From Eledone cirrhosa (lineage: Eukaryota): a DNA stretch of 64,000 nucleotides. The DNA lies in the NCBI GenBank assembly GCA_964016885.1, contig OZ024762.1, forward strand, positions 6,510,001-6,574,000, written 5' to 3'. Numbering within the stretch: the stretch's first letter is position 1; every line of letters begins with the position of its first letter. Of this stretch, positions 42,945 through 56,219 are shown piece by piece. The position numbers and the translations under genes are program-made. The notes under the pieces were generated by a model that was not told the origin of the DNA, did no database searches, and saw only the letters and a program-made list of their open reading frames with translations.

Positions 42945-43503
42945 ATGTTTTAACCCTTTCATTACCATATTTCTAATGAAAGACAGTACCTATGTTTTAA
43001 CCCTTTCATTACCATATTGCTAATGAAAGACACTACCTATGTTTTAACCCTTTCATTACTATATTTCTAATGAAAGACACTGCCTATGTTTAACCCTTTC
43101 ATTACCATATTTCTAATGAGACACTGCCTATGTTTAACCCTTTCATTACCATATTGCTAATGAAAGACACTACCTATGTTTTAACCCTTTCATTACTATA
43201 TTTCTAATGAAAGACACTACCTATGTTTTAACCCTTTCATTACTATATTTCTAATGAAAGACACTACCTATGTTTTAACCCTTTCATTACTATATTTCTA
43301 ATGAAAGACAGTACCTATGTTTTAACCCTTTCATTACTATATTTCTAATGAAAGACACTACCTATGTTTTAACCCTTTCATTACTATATTTCTAATGAAA
43401 GACACTGCCTATGTTTAACCCTTTCATTACCATATTTCTAATTAAAGACACTGCCTATGTTTAACCCTTCCATTAACATATTTTTAATGAAAGACACTGC
43501 CTA
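42945..43503. repeat. 46/47-bp satellite, about 12 copies
   Basis: Same unit as 1-335. Confidence 0.95.
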
Positions 43504-43539
43504 CACGTGGTATTATGGGGTGGTACATACTATATATAT

Positions 43540-44386
43540 GCTTCAGCTTTGGCCTGTGCTTGTGGGAAGTCAGGTCTTCTGTATTACTGCGTAACACCAG
43601 AGATCTCAGTCCTGTGTCATTGCCTTTGAGAGGTGCAATTTGGCAAAGTTAGCTTTTATCACCTCATCCGAAGTCTTCCTGGGTCTCCCCACTCCAAGCT
43701 TTCATCGACTGAACACTCTGCACCTTTTTATGCAGATGTTATCCTTCATACATATCACATGTTCATACCAATGTAATCTCTCCTGTACACAGAATTTGAT
43801 TCCTCTTATGTCTAGTTTCTTTCTTAGTTCATTTATGCTTTGCCATTCACGTATATTACTATTACACATCCATCATAGCATGCAAGCTTCATTTCTTTCC
43901 AATCTATGCATGTCTTCTGCACACAGCGCCCTGGTCTCACTACCATGCAACATTGCTGTTCATATGCATGCATCATACAGTCTGCCTTTCATTTTGAGGG
44001 AAAAGCCTCTTCTAGCTAACAGTGGCAGTAGCTCCCTGAACTTCTTACATCCTGTTCTAACTCTGGCTGCTGTACTTTCAGAACACCAAACTCCGCTGCT
44101 AATTTGGTCACCTAGGTAGCAGAAGCTGTCTACTGTTTCTACAGAGTCCTACCAGAATTTGGTAGTGCTTGTTTCCTGTGGTCCTTTGCTGCTTACTGTC
44201 CTGGGGCAACTGCTGCATTTAAAGCCTACATTCTTAGCTAAACTTCCTGAGATCCCACTACATCTCTTGTGTACCCATAGTTTGCATTTGAGACAGAGGA
44301 TGGAATTTCTACCTATGTCTTTCCTACATACTGAGTAAGGCCATTTCCCCGAGGCGATTAGGGTTCTGTTTTCCCTTCTACTTACA
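43540..44386 (-). mobile_element. Degenerate RTE LINE with a PHD-like Cys-rich insert, RT C-terminal half
   Basis: Reads SGKWPYSVCRKDIGRNSILCLKCKLWVHKRCSGI..FKCSSC..VDSFCYLGD..FRELLPLL..KGRLYDAC..MLHGSET, with in-frame stops. Confidence 0.85.
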
Positions 44387-44409
44387 ATATATATCTATAT
44401 ATATTAGAT

Positions 44410-44504
44410 AGAGTCAGAACCCGGTGGCTGAGCTCTTGCCATTTCAAAGCTAATTTCATTAGCTGCTAAAATGGCAAGAGCTCAGCCATCGGGTTCTGAC
44501 TCTG
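44410..44504. repeat. Hairpin element with about 35-bp arms
   Basis: agagtcagaacccggtggctgagctcttgccattt ... aaatggcaagagctcagccatcgggttctgactct. Confidence 0.88.
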
Positions 44505-44888
44505 AATAATAGTCTTACTAGTTAAAAACTGGTAAAATCCAGATCACCCTCTCCCTCTCTCTGAGAGCGTCATGAGGAAAGCATCACTGGCTGTGTAGTT
44601 AGTTACTATGTTGATATATATCTGTCTTTCACACACAGCCTCTCTCTCGCAATGTATTTCTCTCTCAAAATTTCCTAAAGGAAAAATAGTTTTGGTTTAC
44701 AAACATTTCACATGAGTAACAGCCATCAGGAAAGAATTAAGTTTATGAAGTGAGGTTCTATTGTTAATATATCTTATAAATAAAAAAGATTAAAATGCCA
44801 TATTGATCTTTAATAATTGGCAGTTGTTTCTGTTGAACCTATAGACAGAATAAAATACAAGATGAAATAAATAACAAGAAATTCTTAC

Positions 44889-45053
44889 CAATTTCTTCTT
44901 GATGGCATCAGAGTCTACATTGAAACCCTTGCTAGCTTGCAGTTCAAGCTGAGATGAGTGCAGCTGAAGTAACAGATTGTGCACTTCCTTCTCTACACTG
45001 CACTTGGCGCCTGATACTTTGGTGATCTCTGAACGCATTTCTTCCAACTGGTT
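44889..45053 (-). CDS. GOPC: GOPC/PIST (Golgi-associated PDZ and coiled-coil protein) internal coding exon, first coiled-coil region, 165 nt, phase 0-0
   Basis: Translates NQLEEMRSEITKVSGAKCSVEKEVHNLLLQLHSSQLELQASKGFNVDSDAIKKKL, which matches the recalled GOPC segment AQLVDLKSEL...[24 protein letters not shown]...DSGTIKAKL. Acceptor ttcttgtattctcttcag and donor GTAAGA are on the minus strand. Confidence 0.93.
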
Positions 45054-45114
45054 CTGAAGAGAATACAAGAAAAGAATTCATGTTTAAAACTGTGACAGAA
45101 GTGGTGTTGGTGTT

Positions 45115-45326
45115 GGTGGTGGGAATAGTTAGTGGTGATGTAATGCAATGGCGGTGGTGGTGGTGGGAATAGTTAGTGGTGATGTAATGCAATGGCGGTG
45201 GTGGTGGTGGTGGGAATAGTTAGTGGTGATGTAATGCAATGGCGGTGGTGGTGGGAATAGTTAGTGGTGATGTAATGCAATGGCGGTGGCGGTGGTGGTG
45301 GGAATAGTTAGTGGTGATGTAATGTG
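45115..45326. repeat. 39-48-bp tandem repeat x5 immediately upstream of the GOPC exon acceptor
   Basis: ggtgggaatagttagtggtgatgtaatgcaatggc(ggt)n. Confidence 0.9.
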
Positions 45327-45655
45327 ATGGTGATGGTGGTAATAGTGTTACTGCTGGTGGTGATGGTGTTGCTAGTGATGATGGGAATGATGGTGGTGAC
45401 AGTGCTGCTGGTGATATATATATATATACACATATTTTACTGTGTCTCCTATCCTTGCCATGTGTATCCTGGTTTTTAGAATAGGTACACTGTATGCCCC
45501 CCCCCCCACTGCATGTTGTGAAGAGCCCACTAAAAGAATTGGTGTCAGGAAGAGCATCTAGCTGTAAAACATACTCTCCAGCCATCCTGTCCAAACACAT
45601 ACCAGTATGGGTGATGTATATATAAGGTAAATTATATGAGCTGTATGTATTTGTA

Positions 45656-45720
<65 letters not shown>

Positions 45721-45824
45721 GGCTCTGCTCCAAAGCATAGAGCTAATTATTATGCTGCCAATACCTTAATGGGACACGGGTATACAATACCTAACTCCTA
45801 TTAACCTAAGTATATATATATATA

Positions 45825-46315
45825 TCTGTATATATATATATAAAGACGAAGTTTTCTGTATATATGTGTGTGGACAATATTTAATGAGGGCTCATATATT
45901 CTAAACCATTCATGCAATTTCTTTGAAATTTTTTACAGAGCTTCTCCTTGCACAAAACCTGTACATGATCTACAAAGGCTTTAAATAAAATCGATATTGT
46001 GGCCTTTGGAGAGATTTAAAAAGTTTCGGTTATTTGTGTGAATTTGCGTGATTAAGTAAGACAAGAGTTATCTTTCGTAATTCGGGTAATTCGGATTTTA
46101 ATTTACTCTTTGTACTTGAAACAAAAGGTACACTTCCTTGAGACTAACAATATCATTTTGTATATTACACAACCAGCAATTTCTAACAGATTACTAAGTT
46201 AAGTTATAGATTTGACATTGTATAATTTATCGTTTCAGAAGAAGAAGAAGGAGAAGAATGTTTTCAATTTATTTGAACACACAAGGAAAGAAATATATTT
46301 AGATTCCTGGGCAGA
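45825..46315 (+). mobile_element. Possible non-autonomous Helitron-like element
   Basis: 5' end TC(TG)TATATATATAAAG..gaagtt..gtgtgt..ctaaaccattcatgcaatttctttgaaattttttac resembles HelitronN 5' ends. No intact 3' hairpin or CTAG. Confidence 0.3.
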
Positions 46316-46494
46316 AATTTATTGCAAATCTTCAGTTTTACTACTACTCATGAAGGTGGCAACGAAGTTACACAGTCATTAGAATGTCAGATACAATGCT
46401 TTGGGTATCTGTTCCCACTCTCTGTGGTCATGAGTTCAAATCCTACCAATGTCAACTTTGTCCTTTCTTCCCTTCAAGGCTGGTAAATATTTAA

Positions 46495-46525
<31 letters not shown>

Positions 46526-46824
46526 GCGGATCATGAAATTGAACCAAGGAAACAATATTTCTGTCGGTCTTTTCATTACAGAGAGGGCTGGGTGTAGTTT
46601 ATCATGGCATCTGGTTGGATTTGAACTTAAAACATAAATAGCTATAAATGAAATATTGCAAAGTATTTGACAGGATATTCTACTGATTCTGCCAATAACT
46701 ATACCCTCTAATTTAGGCACAAGGCCAGAATCTAAAGAGCCGTGACTAAATATTTCAAAGCATGTTGTCTGCTACTCTTCCAAATCTGCCAATAATAATA
46801 AAAATAATAATAATAATAATAAGA

Positions 46825-47115
46825 AGAAGAATATTTATCAAGGAAATGGAGAAACTATCCAAATATAAAGATCTAGAGATAGAAATAATCTGAATGTGGA
46901 TGATGAAGACAGAAACAATACCCATAATAATAGGTGCTCTGGGAATGATAAATAAACACACAGACAGATACGTAACCAAAACTCCAGGACTCACAAATAT
47001 ATAGCACTAATAGGCACTGTATACATGTTATGAAGAATACTCTCAATACAACAGAAATAACAACACCTAAAACACTAGGGTCACTTGAAAGATGCCTTTC
47101 TGGTAGTGTATTGTA
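46825..47115 (+). mobile_element. Older Dong/R4 LINE 3' fragment next to (AAT)n
   Basis: Reads KEMEKLSKYKDLEIEII*MWMMKTETIPIIIGALGMI..TKTPGLTNI and lacks the tandem repeat. Confidence 0.8.
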
Positions 47116-47604
47116 TCATGTATGTACGTATGCATGCATGTACGTATGTTTGTACGTATGTATGTATTTAATCATTTTACATCTGTATTGATGCAAAGAT
47201 GACAGTAAATAACCTTAACAGATGTTTAAATGACAAAGGAAAAGTTGACAGAAAATTTTTGAACCGCAAATGAAGACCCCCCCCCCCCCCCCCTCCCAAC
47301 AAAACAAAAAAAACACAACAAACAAACATTTCAAAATTGTTTGAAATCTAAATACACCAGGAAAATTCATTGGTCTTTGAAGATCAACATCAAATAGATA
47401 CAGGCTCACATCAAACAGATATAAATTTCAATATCTTTAAAAAAAAAAAAAATTAATAATACTAAAGCTTTAGTAATCCTTTTTTTTCTTTTCCATTTTT
47501 AGCAAATTAGTTTCCAAGAAGAGTTCTAGAAATTCTGCATAAATTGAAGGTAAAGGCATGACATTGTTAACTAATTTGTGTGACTAAAGCCATGGGTTTA
47601 ATAA

Positions 47605-48397
47605 CTGTATATACTTGAATATAAGCTGAAGAATATGTGACCAAAAAAAAAAAAAAAAATCAATGGTAAAATGGGGCATTGGCTTATATTTGGGGTCAAT
47701 ATTGTGACGATTTTCACCAACTTCAAATTCTACATAAATAAGGTGCTAAAACATCTGGAGTGATTATTTTACAATGAAACACTGTTTTTCAACATTTACT
47801 ACATTGTTATGAGTGTTATTTATGCATTGCTTGAAAAATATTCCACCAAAATTTTATAATTTGAACTTTTTAATACATAAATATCCCACACACTCACAAC
47901 CAAACATGTTTTTCTCTTACAGTATTTTTTCTTTCAGTCTTACTTCTGATTTGATTTTATTACTTTCCCTCTCCCTCCCTTCTCACTCACTCCTCTCTTT
48001 TTCTCACTCTGCCTCTCCTCGCTCTCACTTGCTGTCTCTGCCTCCCTCTTCTATTCTATGAATCCCTCTACAAAGTTCTCTTATTCAAACTCTTGTTCTC
48101 AACTACTCTCAGCATGTTAATGGCCAGAAGGAAACAAAGATTCAAGAGACTTGTTGAAACTTAACACAATAGAACCTACGTAATGGAGTTGTGAAACAAA
48201 AACTATATTCTAAACGACATTTAAAACATTTTAAACATTAAAATTTCATAAATACATTTTACACTCATGAGAATTTCACCACGCCATCTAAACATAATGT
48301 GTTGATCACCAGCCTTGGCTTCAAACACTGCCCCTTTCTCAAACCTGAAATTGGGGAGGGGGTTGACTTATATTTGGATCAGCTTGAGTATATATGG
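47605..48397. mobile_element. Non-autonomous Tc1/mariner (pogo-like) DNA transposon remnant
   Basis: Degenerate TIRs CTGTATATACTTGAATATAAGCTGA ... TCAGCTTGAGTATATATGG|TA. Confidence 0.55.
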
Positions 48398-48414
48398 TAA
48401 TTGATGGGACAGAC

Positions 48415-48752
48415 ATCATCATCATCATCATTTTATGTCCGCTTTTCCCTGCGTGCAAGGGTGGGACGGGAACTGATTCTGGCTTGATTTCTAAAGCTGG
48501 ATGCCCTTCCTAACACCAACCTCATTTACAGTGAGTGCTGGGTGCTTTTTTGCCGTGGCACCTCCACGACCACTTTGCAGTGGAATGATATGAACCCCAG
48601 TCCCTATCATCTCATTTCTACAGCCGAGTAAACTGGAGCAATGTGAAATAAAGTGTCTTGCTCAAGGAAATAACACATCACATGTCTGAGAATTGAACTC
48701 ACAACCTTTCGATTGCAAGGCCAATGCTCTAACCACTAAGCCATGTGCCTCC
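48415..48752 (-). mobile_element. SINE family A, full length, inverted relative to the 14077/18541/23225 copies
   Basis: Reverse complement of the 18541 copy. Confidence 0.9.
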
Positions 48753-48957
48753 ACATGTCTAACTAAATCTGCTGTACTCAGGCCTGGCGAGAGGGTCGGC
48801 TCCGCCAGGTATAAATATGCCCTAAGAAAAGCCGTATGTCAATATGGTGACCCTATAGCTCCCTCAGGAGCTATCAGTCCATACCATACTGAAAGTTGGT
48901 ATTTTGAACTGTTTTAGTGTTTTTTCACATGCATTAGTTCTGATGATGAGTAATCCC

Positions 48958-49540
48958 TAGATATGTGTACCTTTAACATAGGTCTCAGGAAGATTCAGTG
49001 TGACACGGCTTGAGTATTTCACAGACACATGAACCTTCAACATAAGTCTCAGGAAGATTCAGTGTGACACAGGTGTGACATGGCTTGAGTATTTCACAGA
49101 CACATGTACCTTTAACATAGGTCTCAGGAAGATTCAGTGTGACACAAGGTGTGACATGGCTTGAGTATTTCACAGACACATGTACCTTTAACATAGGTCT
49201 CAGGAAGATTCAGTGTGACACAAAGTGTGACATGGCTTGAGTATTTCACAGACACATGTACCTTTAACATAGGTCTCAGGAAGATTCAGTGTGACACAAG
49301 GTGTGACATGGCTTGAGTATTTCACAGACACATGTACCTTTAACATAGGTCTCAGGAAGATTCAGTGTGACACAAGGTGTGACATGGCTGTCCCTTTTGA
49401 ATTACAACTACAACACATTTTTATTTTGCCAGCTGAGTGGGCTGGAGAAACATGAAACAGAGTGTCTTGTTCAAGGACCCAACATGCTACTGGGAATCAA
49501 ACTGTCAACCTTGCAATCATAAGGCAAACATCTATAAGCC
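48958..49540 (-). mobile_element. CORE-like SINE with an internal 76-bp segment amplified about 6x (48958-49388)
   Basis: Unit gacacatgtacctttaacataggtctcaggaagattcagtgtgacacaaggtgtgacatggcttgagtatttcaca, continuing into cagctgagtgggctggag..gtgtcttgttcaagga (SINE core on the minus strand). Confidence 0.7.
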
Positions 49541-49594
49541 CTCCACCTTCACACATTGTAAATTACAGGAGACAGAAGACCAAGCCTATACATG

Positions 49595-49950
49595 TATGGA
49601 GCCTATACATCAGTTCTCAGAGGCTCCTAAAACATAATCTGGAGCGAACACAAGACTCTCTGAGAGAGATATAATGGTCTGCCGCATATAAGTGATGTTG
49701 TACATAGAAGGAGGGTGAGGTTTGTTGGCCATTGTTATCGAGCCTCAAATTAAGCTGCGTCCTCTTTGGTGCTTTGGAAACCTGCATCTGTCTCAAGACG
49801 AAGGGGTTGCAGCAAGTTCTCATATCCAGATGTCATAGCCAAAGGATGCTGGTGTTCACATTCAGGACCTAACTACTGCCATGGACGACAAACCCATGTG
49901 GAGATCTATCATTGAGCCTATCCTGGCTGAGGCCGTACGATAATGATGAA
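49595..49950 (+). mobile_element. Degenerate RTE-clade LINE 3' fragment homologous to 10055-11791
   Basis: Reads YNGLPHISDVVHRRRVRFVGHCYRASN*AASSLVLWKP..FSYPDVIAK..QDLTTAMDD..W. Confidence 0.8.
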
Positions 49951-50384
49951 AGATTAAAAAAAAAAAGAAGATTTTTGTGTGAAAATCGTTTAGTAACATC
50001 AACTTGAAATAGGGAGATATTTGAACCCCCAACCTTAACCACTAAACCCACGCACCTTCCCATGTTACCACACTGCAACATTAACAACAACAAGAACAAC
50101 AACAGTACCAGCTACCACTACCACAACACCGCCACCGATACCACTACGACCACCACCACCACCACTACAATTACTACAACATCACAACCCTTCACCATCA
50201 CTACCACCATCACAACACCCCACACCACCACCACCACACCACCACCACCACGTTACAAAGATGAGACAGTTTTGACAATATAATTGATGAGGGGAAGGTT
50301 GCAGGGTGGTGGTGGTGGTGGGGGGGTAATAGGTGGAATTTCTGAATGGACCTACAACCAAAAGTTCAAGTGATGGTGATGGTG

Positions 50385-51912
50385 GTAGTGATAGTGGTGA
50401 TGTAATGATGATGGTGGTGGTGATAATGGTGATACTGTGATGGTGGTGGTAGGGGTGATGGTGGTAGGGGTGATGGTGATGGTGGTAGGAGTGATGGTGG
50501 TAGGGGTGATGGTGATGGTGGTAGGGGTGATGGTGGTAGTAGGGGTGATGGTGGTAGGGGTGATGGTGGTAGGGGTGATGGTGGTAGGGGTGATAGTGGT
50601 AGGGGTGATAGAGGTAGGGGTGATGGTGGTGGTAGGGGTGATGGTGGTGGTAGGGGTGATGGTGGTAGGGGTGATGGTGGTGGTAGGGGTGATGGTGGTG
50701 TGGTGATGATGATGGTGGTAGGGGTGATGGTGGTGGTGATGATGATGGTGGTGATGGTGATGATGTTAGTGAAATGCTGTGATACTCCAAATCATCAAAA
50801 GCTCAGACAACGCAGTGGTGGTGGTCATTGTTTATGTGACAGTACAGCGACAGTAACAACAGTAACACCACCACCACCACCACCACTACCATCACCACCA
50901 ACACCAACACCAGCATCCCCATCACCACAACTACCACAAACACTACCACCACCAACACCACCACTACCACCACCAACCACAACCACACCACCACTACCAC
51001 CACCAACAACATCACAAACCACCACCACCACCACCAACAACAACCAGAACCACACCACACCACCATCAACATCACAAACCACCACCACCACCACCATCAC
51101 CAATCACAACCACACCACCACCACCATCAACATCACAAACCACCACCACCACCGCCAACAACAACAACCACAACCACCGCCATCAACAACATCACAAACC
51201 ACCACCACCACCACCAACAACAACAACAACCACACCACCATCAACAACAACCACAACTACACCACCACCACCAACAACAACAACCACACCACCATCAACA
51301 ACAACCACAACCACACCACCACCACCATCAACATCACAAACACCACCACCACCACCACCACCACCAACCACACCACCACCACCATCAACAACAACAACAA
51401 CCACACCACCACCACCATCAACATCACAAACCACCACCACCACCACCACCACCAACAACCACAACCACACCACCACCACCATCAACATCACAAACCACCA
51501 CCACCACCAACCACAACCACACCACCACCACCATCAACAACATCACAAACCACTACCACCACCGCCAACAACAACAACCACAACCACCGCCATCAACAAC
51601 ATCACAAACCACCACCACCACCCACAACCACAACCACACAACCATCAACAACAACCACAACCACACCACCACCACCATCAACATCACAAACCACCACCAC
51701 CACCACCACCAACCACACCACCACCACCATCAACAACATCACCAACCACCACCACCACCACCAACAACAACAACCACAACCACACCACCACCACCAGCAT
51801 CAACATCACAAACCACCACCACCAACAACAACCACAACCACACCACCATCAACATCACAAACCACCACCACCACCACCATCAACATCACAAACCACCACC
51901 ACCAACCACACC

Positions 51913-51944
<32 letters not shown>

Positions 51945-51960
51945 CACCACCAACAACAGC
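50385..51960. repeat. (GGT/GAT)n and (CCA/CAA)n low-complexity tracts
   Basis: Seen directly. Confidence 0.9.
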
Positions 51961-52185
51961 TGTCCGTGTTATAGCCTGATTCCATATGGCTGTGTCACTA
52001 TTGACTCTCCAGTTAAACAAGATAACAGAACCATTCCACAAGACATAGAGTTGAAATAACAGGAAATAGCACAACATTTCACTTTACCGATTTTAAACGG
52101 CACCGAACTTCACCACTAAACTACTTCTGCTAAAGTGCAATTTTAACTAAACTTCATTATAAACCTCCTGTTTTGAATATATACT

Positions 52186-52222
<37 letters not shown>

Positions 52223-52224
52223 GG

Positions 52225-52378
<154 letters not shown>

Positions 52379-52592
52379 GTGTGCGTGTGTGTGTGTGTGT
52401 GTGTGTATGTGTGTGTGTATATATATATGTGTGTTTATATATATGTGTGTGTGTGTGTGTGTGTACACATATGTATATATATGTGTGTGGTATATATATA
52501 TATATATATAAATATATATATATATAGCTCTGTACTATACATAGAGCACTCTTTTTCCCTTTACCTTTTCCACGGAAATACTTAACATGTAT

Positions 52593-52623
<31 letters not shown>

Positions 52624-52831
52624 CCGTTTTAAGTCCGTTCTTCCACGCTAGCATGGGTTAGACGGGTTGTCCTGTTGTGGGCAGTGTCTGGTCGGCTGAC
52701 CATGCCTTGCTCAGACAGGAACTGATTTGGCTTGATTTCTACAGCTGGGTGAGCTCAAGCCGTTTCGACGGCTAATTCTGGACTAATTTAGTCGAAACGG
52801 CTTGAGCTCAGCCGTCGGGGTCCTACTCGTT

Positions 52832-52888
<57 letters not shown>

Positions 52889-53267
52889 CAAAGAAACAGA
52901 CATATATAAGAATAGAGGAGAAAAAACTATGGTATAATATATGAGATGTCTGTAGCAAAAGCAATGTGTGTTCTATGCTTAGAGATGCAATGTTAAATAT
53001 TATAGAAAGGTTAATATTTAATGAAAGTTAAGTGCAGAAGGTAAACAGAGCAAGTATAATCAAACATATATGGAGAAGAAGGCAATACATTTAAAAACAA
53101 GATTTTCTTCTAGAAGTGAATCTTGTTTTTAAACCCTATAATATTGGAAGTCAACTATTCACTATGCGGTAGTGAATATATATATATATATAGACATATA
53201 TATATCATCTGTAGAAATCAAGCCAAAATCAGTTCCTGAATATATCCACACTCCAACAGCATTTTAA

Positions 53268-54362
53268 TAATCCACAGGAATGATAGAGTTGGGACCTTCA
53301 TACACTGGAAGTTATGCCAGCATTATGAAATACCAACGGAAAAAAGATGGTACAAACACACGCCAGAAAAAGTGTCAGAGAATGACAAAGCAACCATTCT
53401 CTGGGATATGCCAATACATACAGACAGACAGATGAAGGCCAACTGACCAGATGTTACAGACAAAGAAAAGAAATGCCATCTAATACATGTATCTCTCCCC
53501 ACAAACGACAATATATCTTCCAAAGAAATAGAGAAACTCTCCAAATATAAAGATCTAGAGATAGAAATAACTCAAATGAGGAAAATGAAAACAGAAACAA
53601 TACCTATAATAATAGGTGCTCTGGGAATGATAAAAAACACACAAATACATAGCCAAACCCTGAGACTTACAAATATATACAGCATACAAAAGATAGCACT
53701 ACTAGGTACTGTATATATATTATAGAGTACCACAGGACTTACAAATATATACAGCATACAAAAGATAGCACTACTAGGTACTGTATATATATTATAGAGT
53801 ACCACAGGACTTACAAATATATACAGCATACAAAAGATAGCACTACTAGGTACTGTATATATATTATAGAGTACCACAGGACTTACAAATATATACAGCA
53901 TACAAAAGATAGCACTACTAGGTACTGTATATATATTATAGAGTACCACAGGACTTACAAATATATACAGCATACAAAAGATAGCACTACTAGGCACTGT
54001 ATATATATATAGAGTACCACAGGACTTACAAATATATACAACATACAAAAGATAGCACTACTAGGCACTGTATATATATATAGAGTACCACAGGACTTAC
54101 AAATATATACAACATACAAAAGATAGCACTACTAGGCACTGCATATATATATAGAGTACCACAGGACTTACAAATATATACAACATACAAAAGATAGCAC
54201 TACTAGGCACTGCACACATATTACGAAAAGTACTATCAATACAATAGAAACAACATCAGCAAAAACTACACTGCACATACCCAAGGTACACAGAGCTGTG
54301 CTCGGTAAAGCAGTAATGATGCGCAATAAAAATAATAATGGAAATAATGATAATAATAATAT
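53268..54362 (+). mobile_element. Dong/R4-clade LINE 3' part (restriction-like endonuclease domain) with an internal 70-72-bp repeat x8 (53664-54210)
   Basis: Reads HRNDRVGTFIHWKLCQHY..WYKHTPEKVSENDKATILWDMPIHTDRQMKAN*PD..KEIEKLSKYKDLEIEI..IPIIIGALG..IQKIALLGTAHILRKVL*, with an (AAT)n tail. Confidence 0.9.
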
Positions 54363-55259
54363 CGTATCCAGGTCAGGCAGTCAGATATTTAATTTCTTTT
54401 TAAAGTCATTGTTGTATTATTGAAGAATCATTATATGTAAATTTGTTATTGCAGTGGACACGGATTGATTTGGCCTTTGTTGAACTTTCACATGATTTCC
54501 TGTGCAGTAATATATAAAATATATAACAGCCAGCAGGATGATTTAGGTGAAAACTAGGAGTAGCTCAAGTGAGACACAGAGTTCAAATCCTTCTTTTTCA
54601 GGGTTTTATCTTTCTGGAAGGGAATACATGCATGGTCCTGTAACTCCTGAGGGAGTCAGTCGTAGGGGTGAATTATTGACAAACAGCATTTCTTGGGGAT
54701 ATTTTAAAACCTGGCGGAGCCCATCCTTCTCCAGGTTTGACAACAGCAGATTTCTTCCAGAGAAGAATAGAAGAGAGTAAGAGTGAAAGGAAATGAGAAA
54801 GAGATATAGTGGAAAAACCAGCCCCAGTACTTGAATGGTACTTTTTTTTTATTGACCCCGAAAAGATGAAAGGTAAAGTTGACCTCGGTGGGATTTGAAC
54901 TCAGAGAGCAGAAATGAATAGTATCCTACATTCTAATGATTCCACCAACTCTGGAAGGGAATAAAGGTGTGCAATTGTTTGAAGATGGTTGAGGGGTTCT
55001 TGCACATGGCTATGTTAGTCACCCCACATTTGTGCACAGCACTAACATGACTAGTGTTAGTTCTGTATATTCAATTGGTGAGAGATTTGTGTGTTGTACT
55101 TTGGCAAGGTTTTGTGCATAGTTTTGGCAAGTTCTTACTGGCTGGATACCCTTCCTATCACAAATCCCTTTCCAGCATGTACTGGGTGAATTATTCATGC
55201 CAGCAGCACTAGAGAAGTTGTCTTACCTGATTGAAGGGTCTTCTCTACCCTGCATTGGT

Positions 55260-55422
55260 TTATATTAAGAGTGACTGCTCTTCTAGACAGGTTGTCTCCT
55301 CCATGGCTTACGAAGACCATGTCTACCCAATGCAGTTGTATTATATTTAGAGTGACTGCTCTTCTAGACAGGTTGTCTCCTCCATGGCTTATGAAGATCA
55401 TGTCTACCCAATGCAGTTGTAT
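55260..55422. repeat. 81-bp direct duplication
   Basis: agagtgactgctcttctagacaggttgtctcctccatggctta..gtctacccaatgcagttgtatt occurs twice. Confidence 0.9.
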
Positions 55423-56219
55423 TTTATTTGGAGCCATGAGATTGATAAAATAAATAAAATAGCAGGAGATACTGGTGCAATTTCTAAAACGTCTCAGATG
55501 AGATGCCTTCTAGTTCCAGTTGTTTGCGTTCTGTGTGCAAATCCTGCTGTGAGCTACTTAAGTAGCCGACTCAATTTGCACCTAATTTAAGCCTTTTGAT
55601 GCCAAATTGCCTGAAACTTCCTCTAGTTCTACAATTCAAAACTGCTTATTTTGAAGTCTTCATATTTATCTAAAACATTCCATCATAATTTTATGGAAGA
55701 ACCTTTATGTTATGTTACAAACACAGCTTAATAATGAGTAAGTAAGTTATATTACGATAATTCTCCAAATTCTTATTTTCAAAATGATTTGAAAATCATT
55801 GGCAGTATCTTTCATTAGAAATATGGTAATAAAAAGGTTAAAGTGCTTATATTAATCTAAAAACTTTCCACCATAATTTTACGTAAGAACCTTTTTTTAT
55901 GTTATGTTCTAAATAATAACTTAATAATAATAAAGTTATTATGAAATCTTTCCAAATTCTTAATTATTTCTAAACGATTTGAAAATCATTAGCAGTGTCT
56001 TTCATTAGATATATGATGAGAAAATGTTTTAAACCACCACCTGACTGTTGGCTTCCTTTAATGTTGTCTATGATGTTGCACACATTCAAGCCAGGGTCTC
56101 AGTCTGATTTGAATCTTCCTCTCTTTCTTTACCACCAATCACAAAGGTCCTGAAAAGGGTTATAAGTTAGGTGCTAAACTTCCTTTACTGACAAAGCAAT
56201 GAAAGGAGCCAATCATCAG

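Noticed and set aside
43640-44119. 159-aa plus-strand ORF as a gene
   Set aside because: It is the antisense frame of a decayed RTE reverse transcriptase.
50700-51974. Long Pro/Thr/His-rich ORFs (also 5727-6299, 7878-8564) as mucin- or extensin-like genes
   Set aside because: These are (CCA/CAA)n trinucleotide tracts that lack stops by composition, with no splice or domain evidence.
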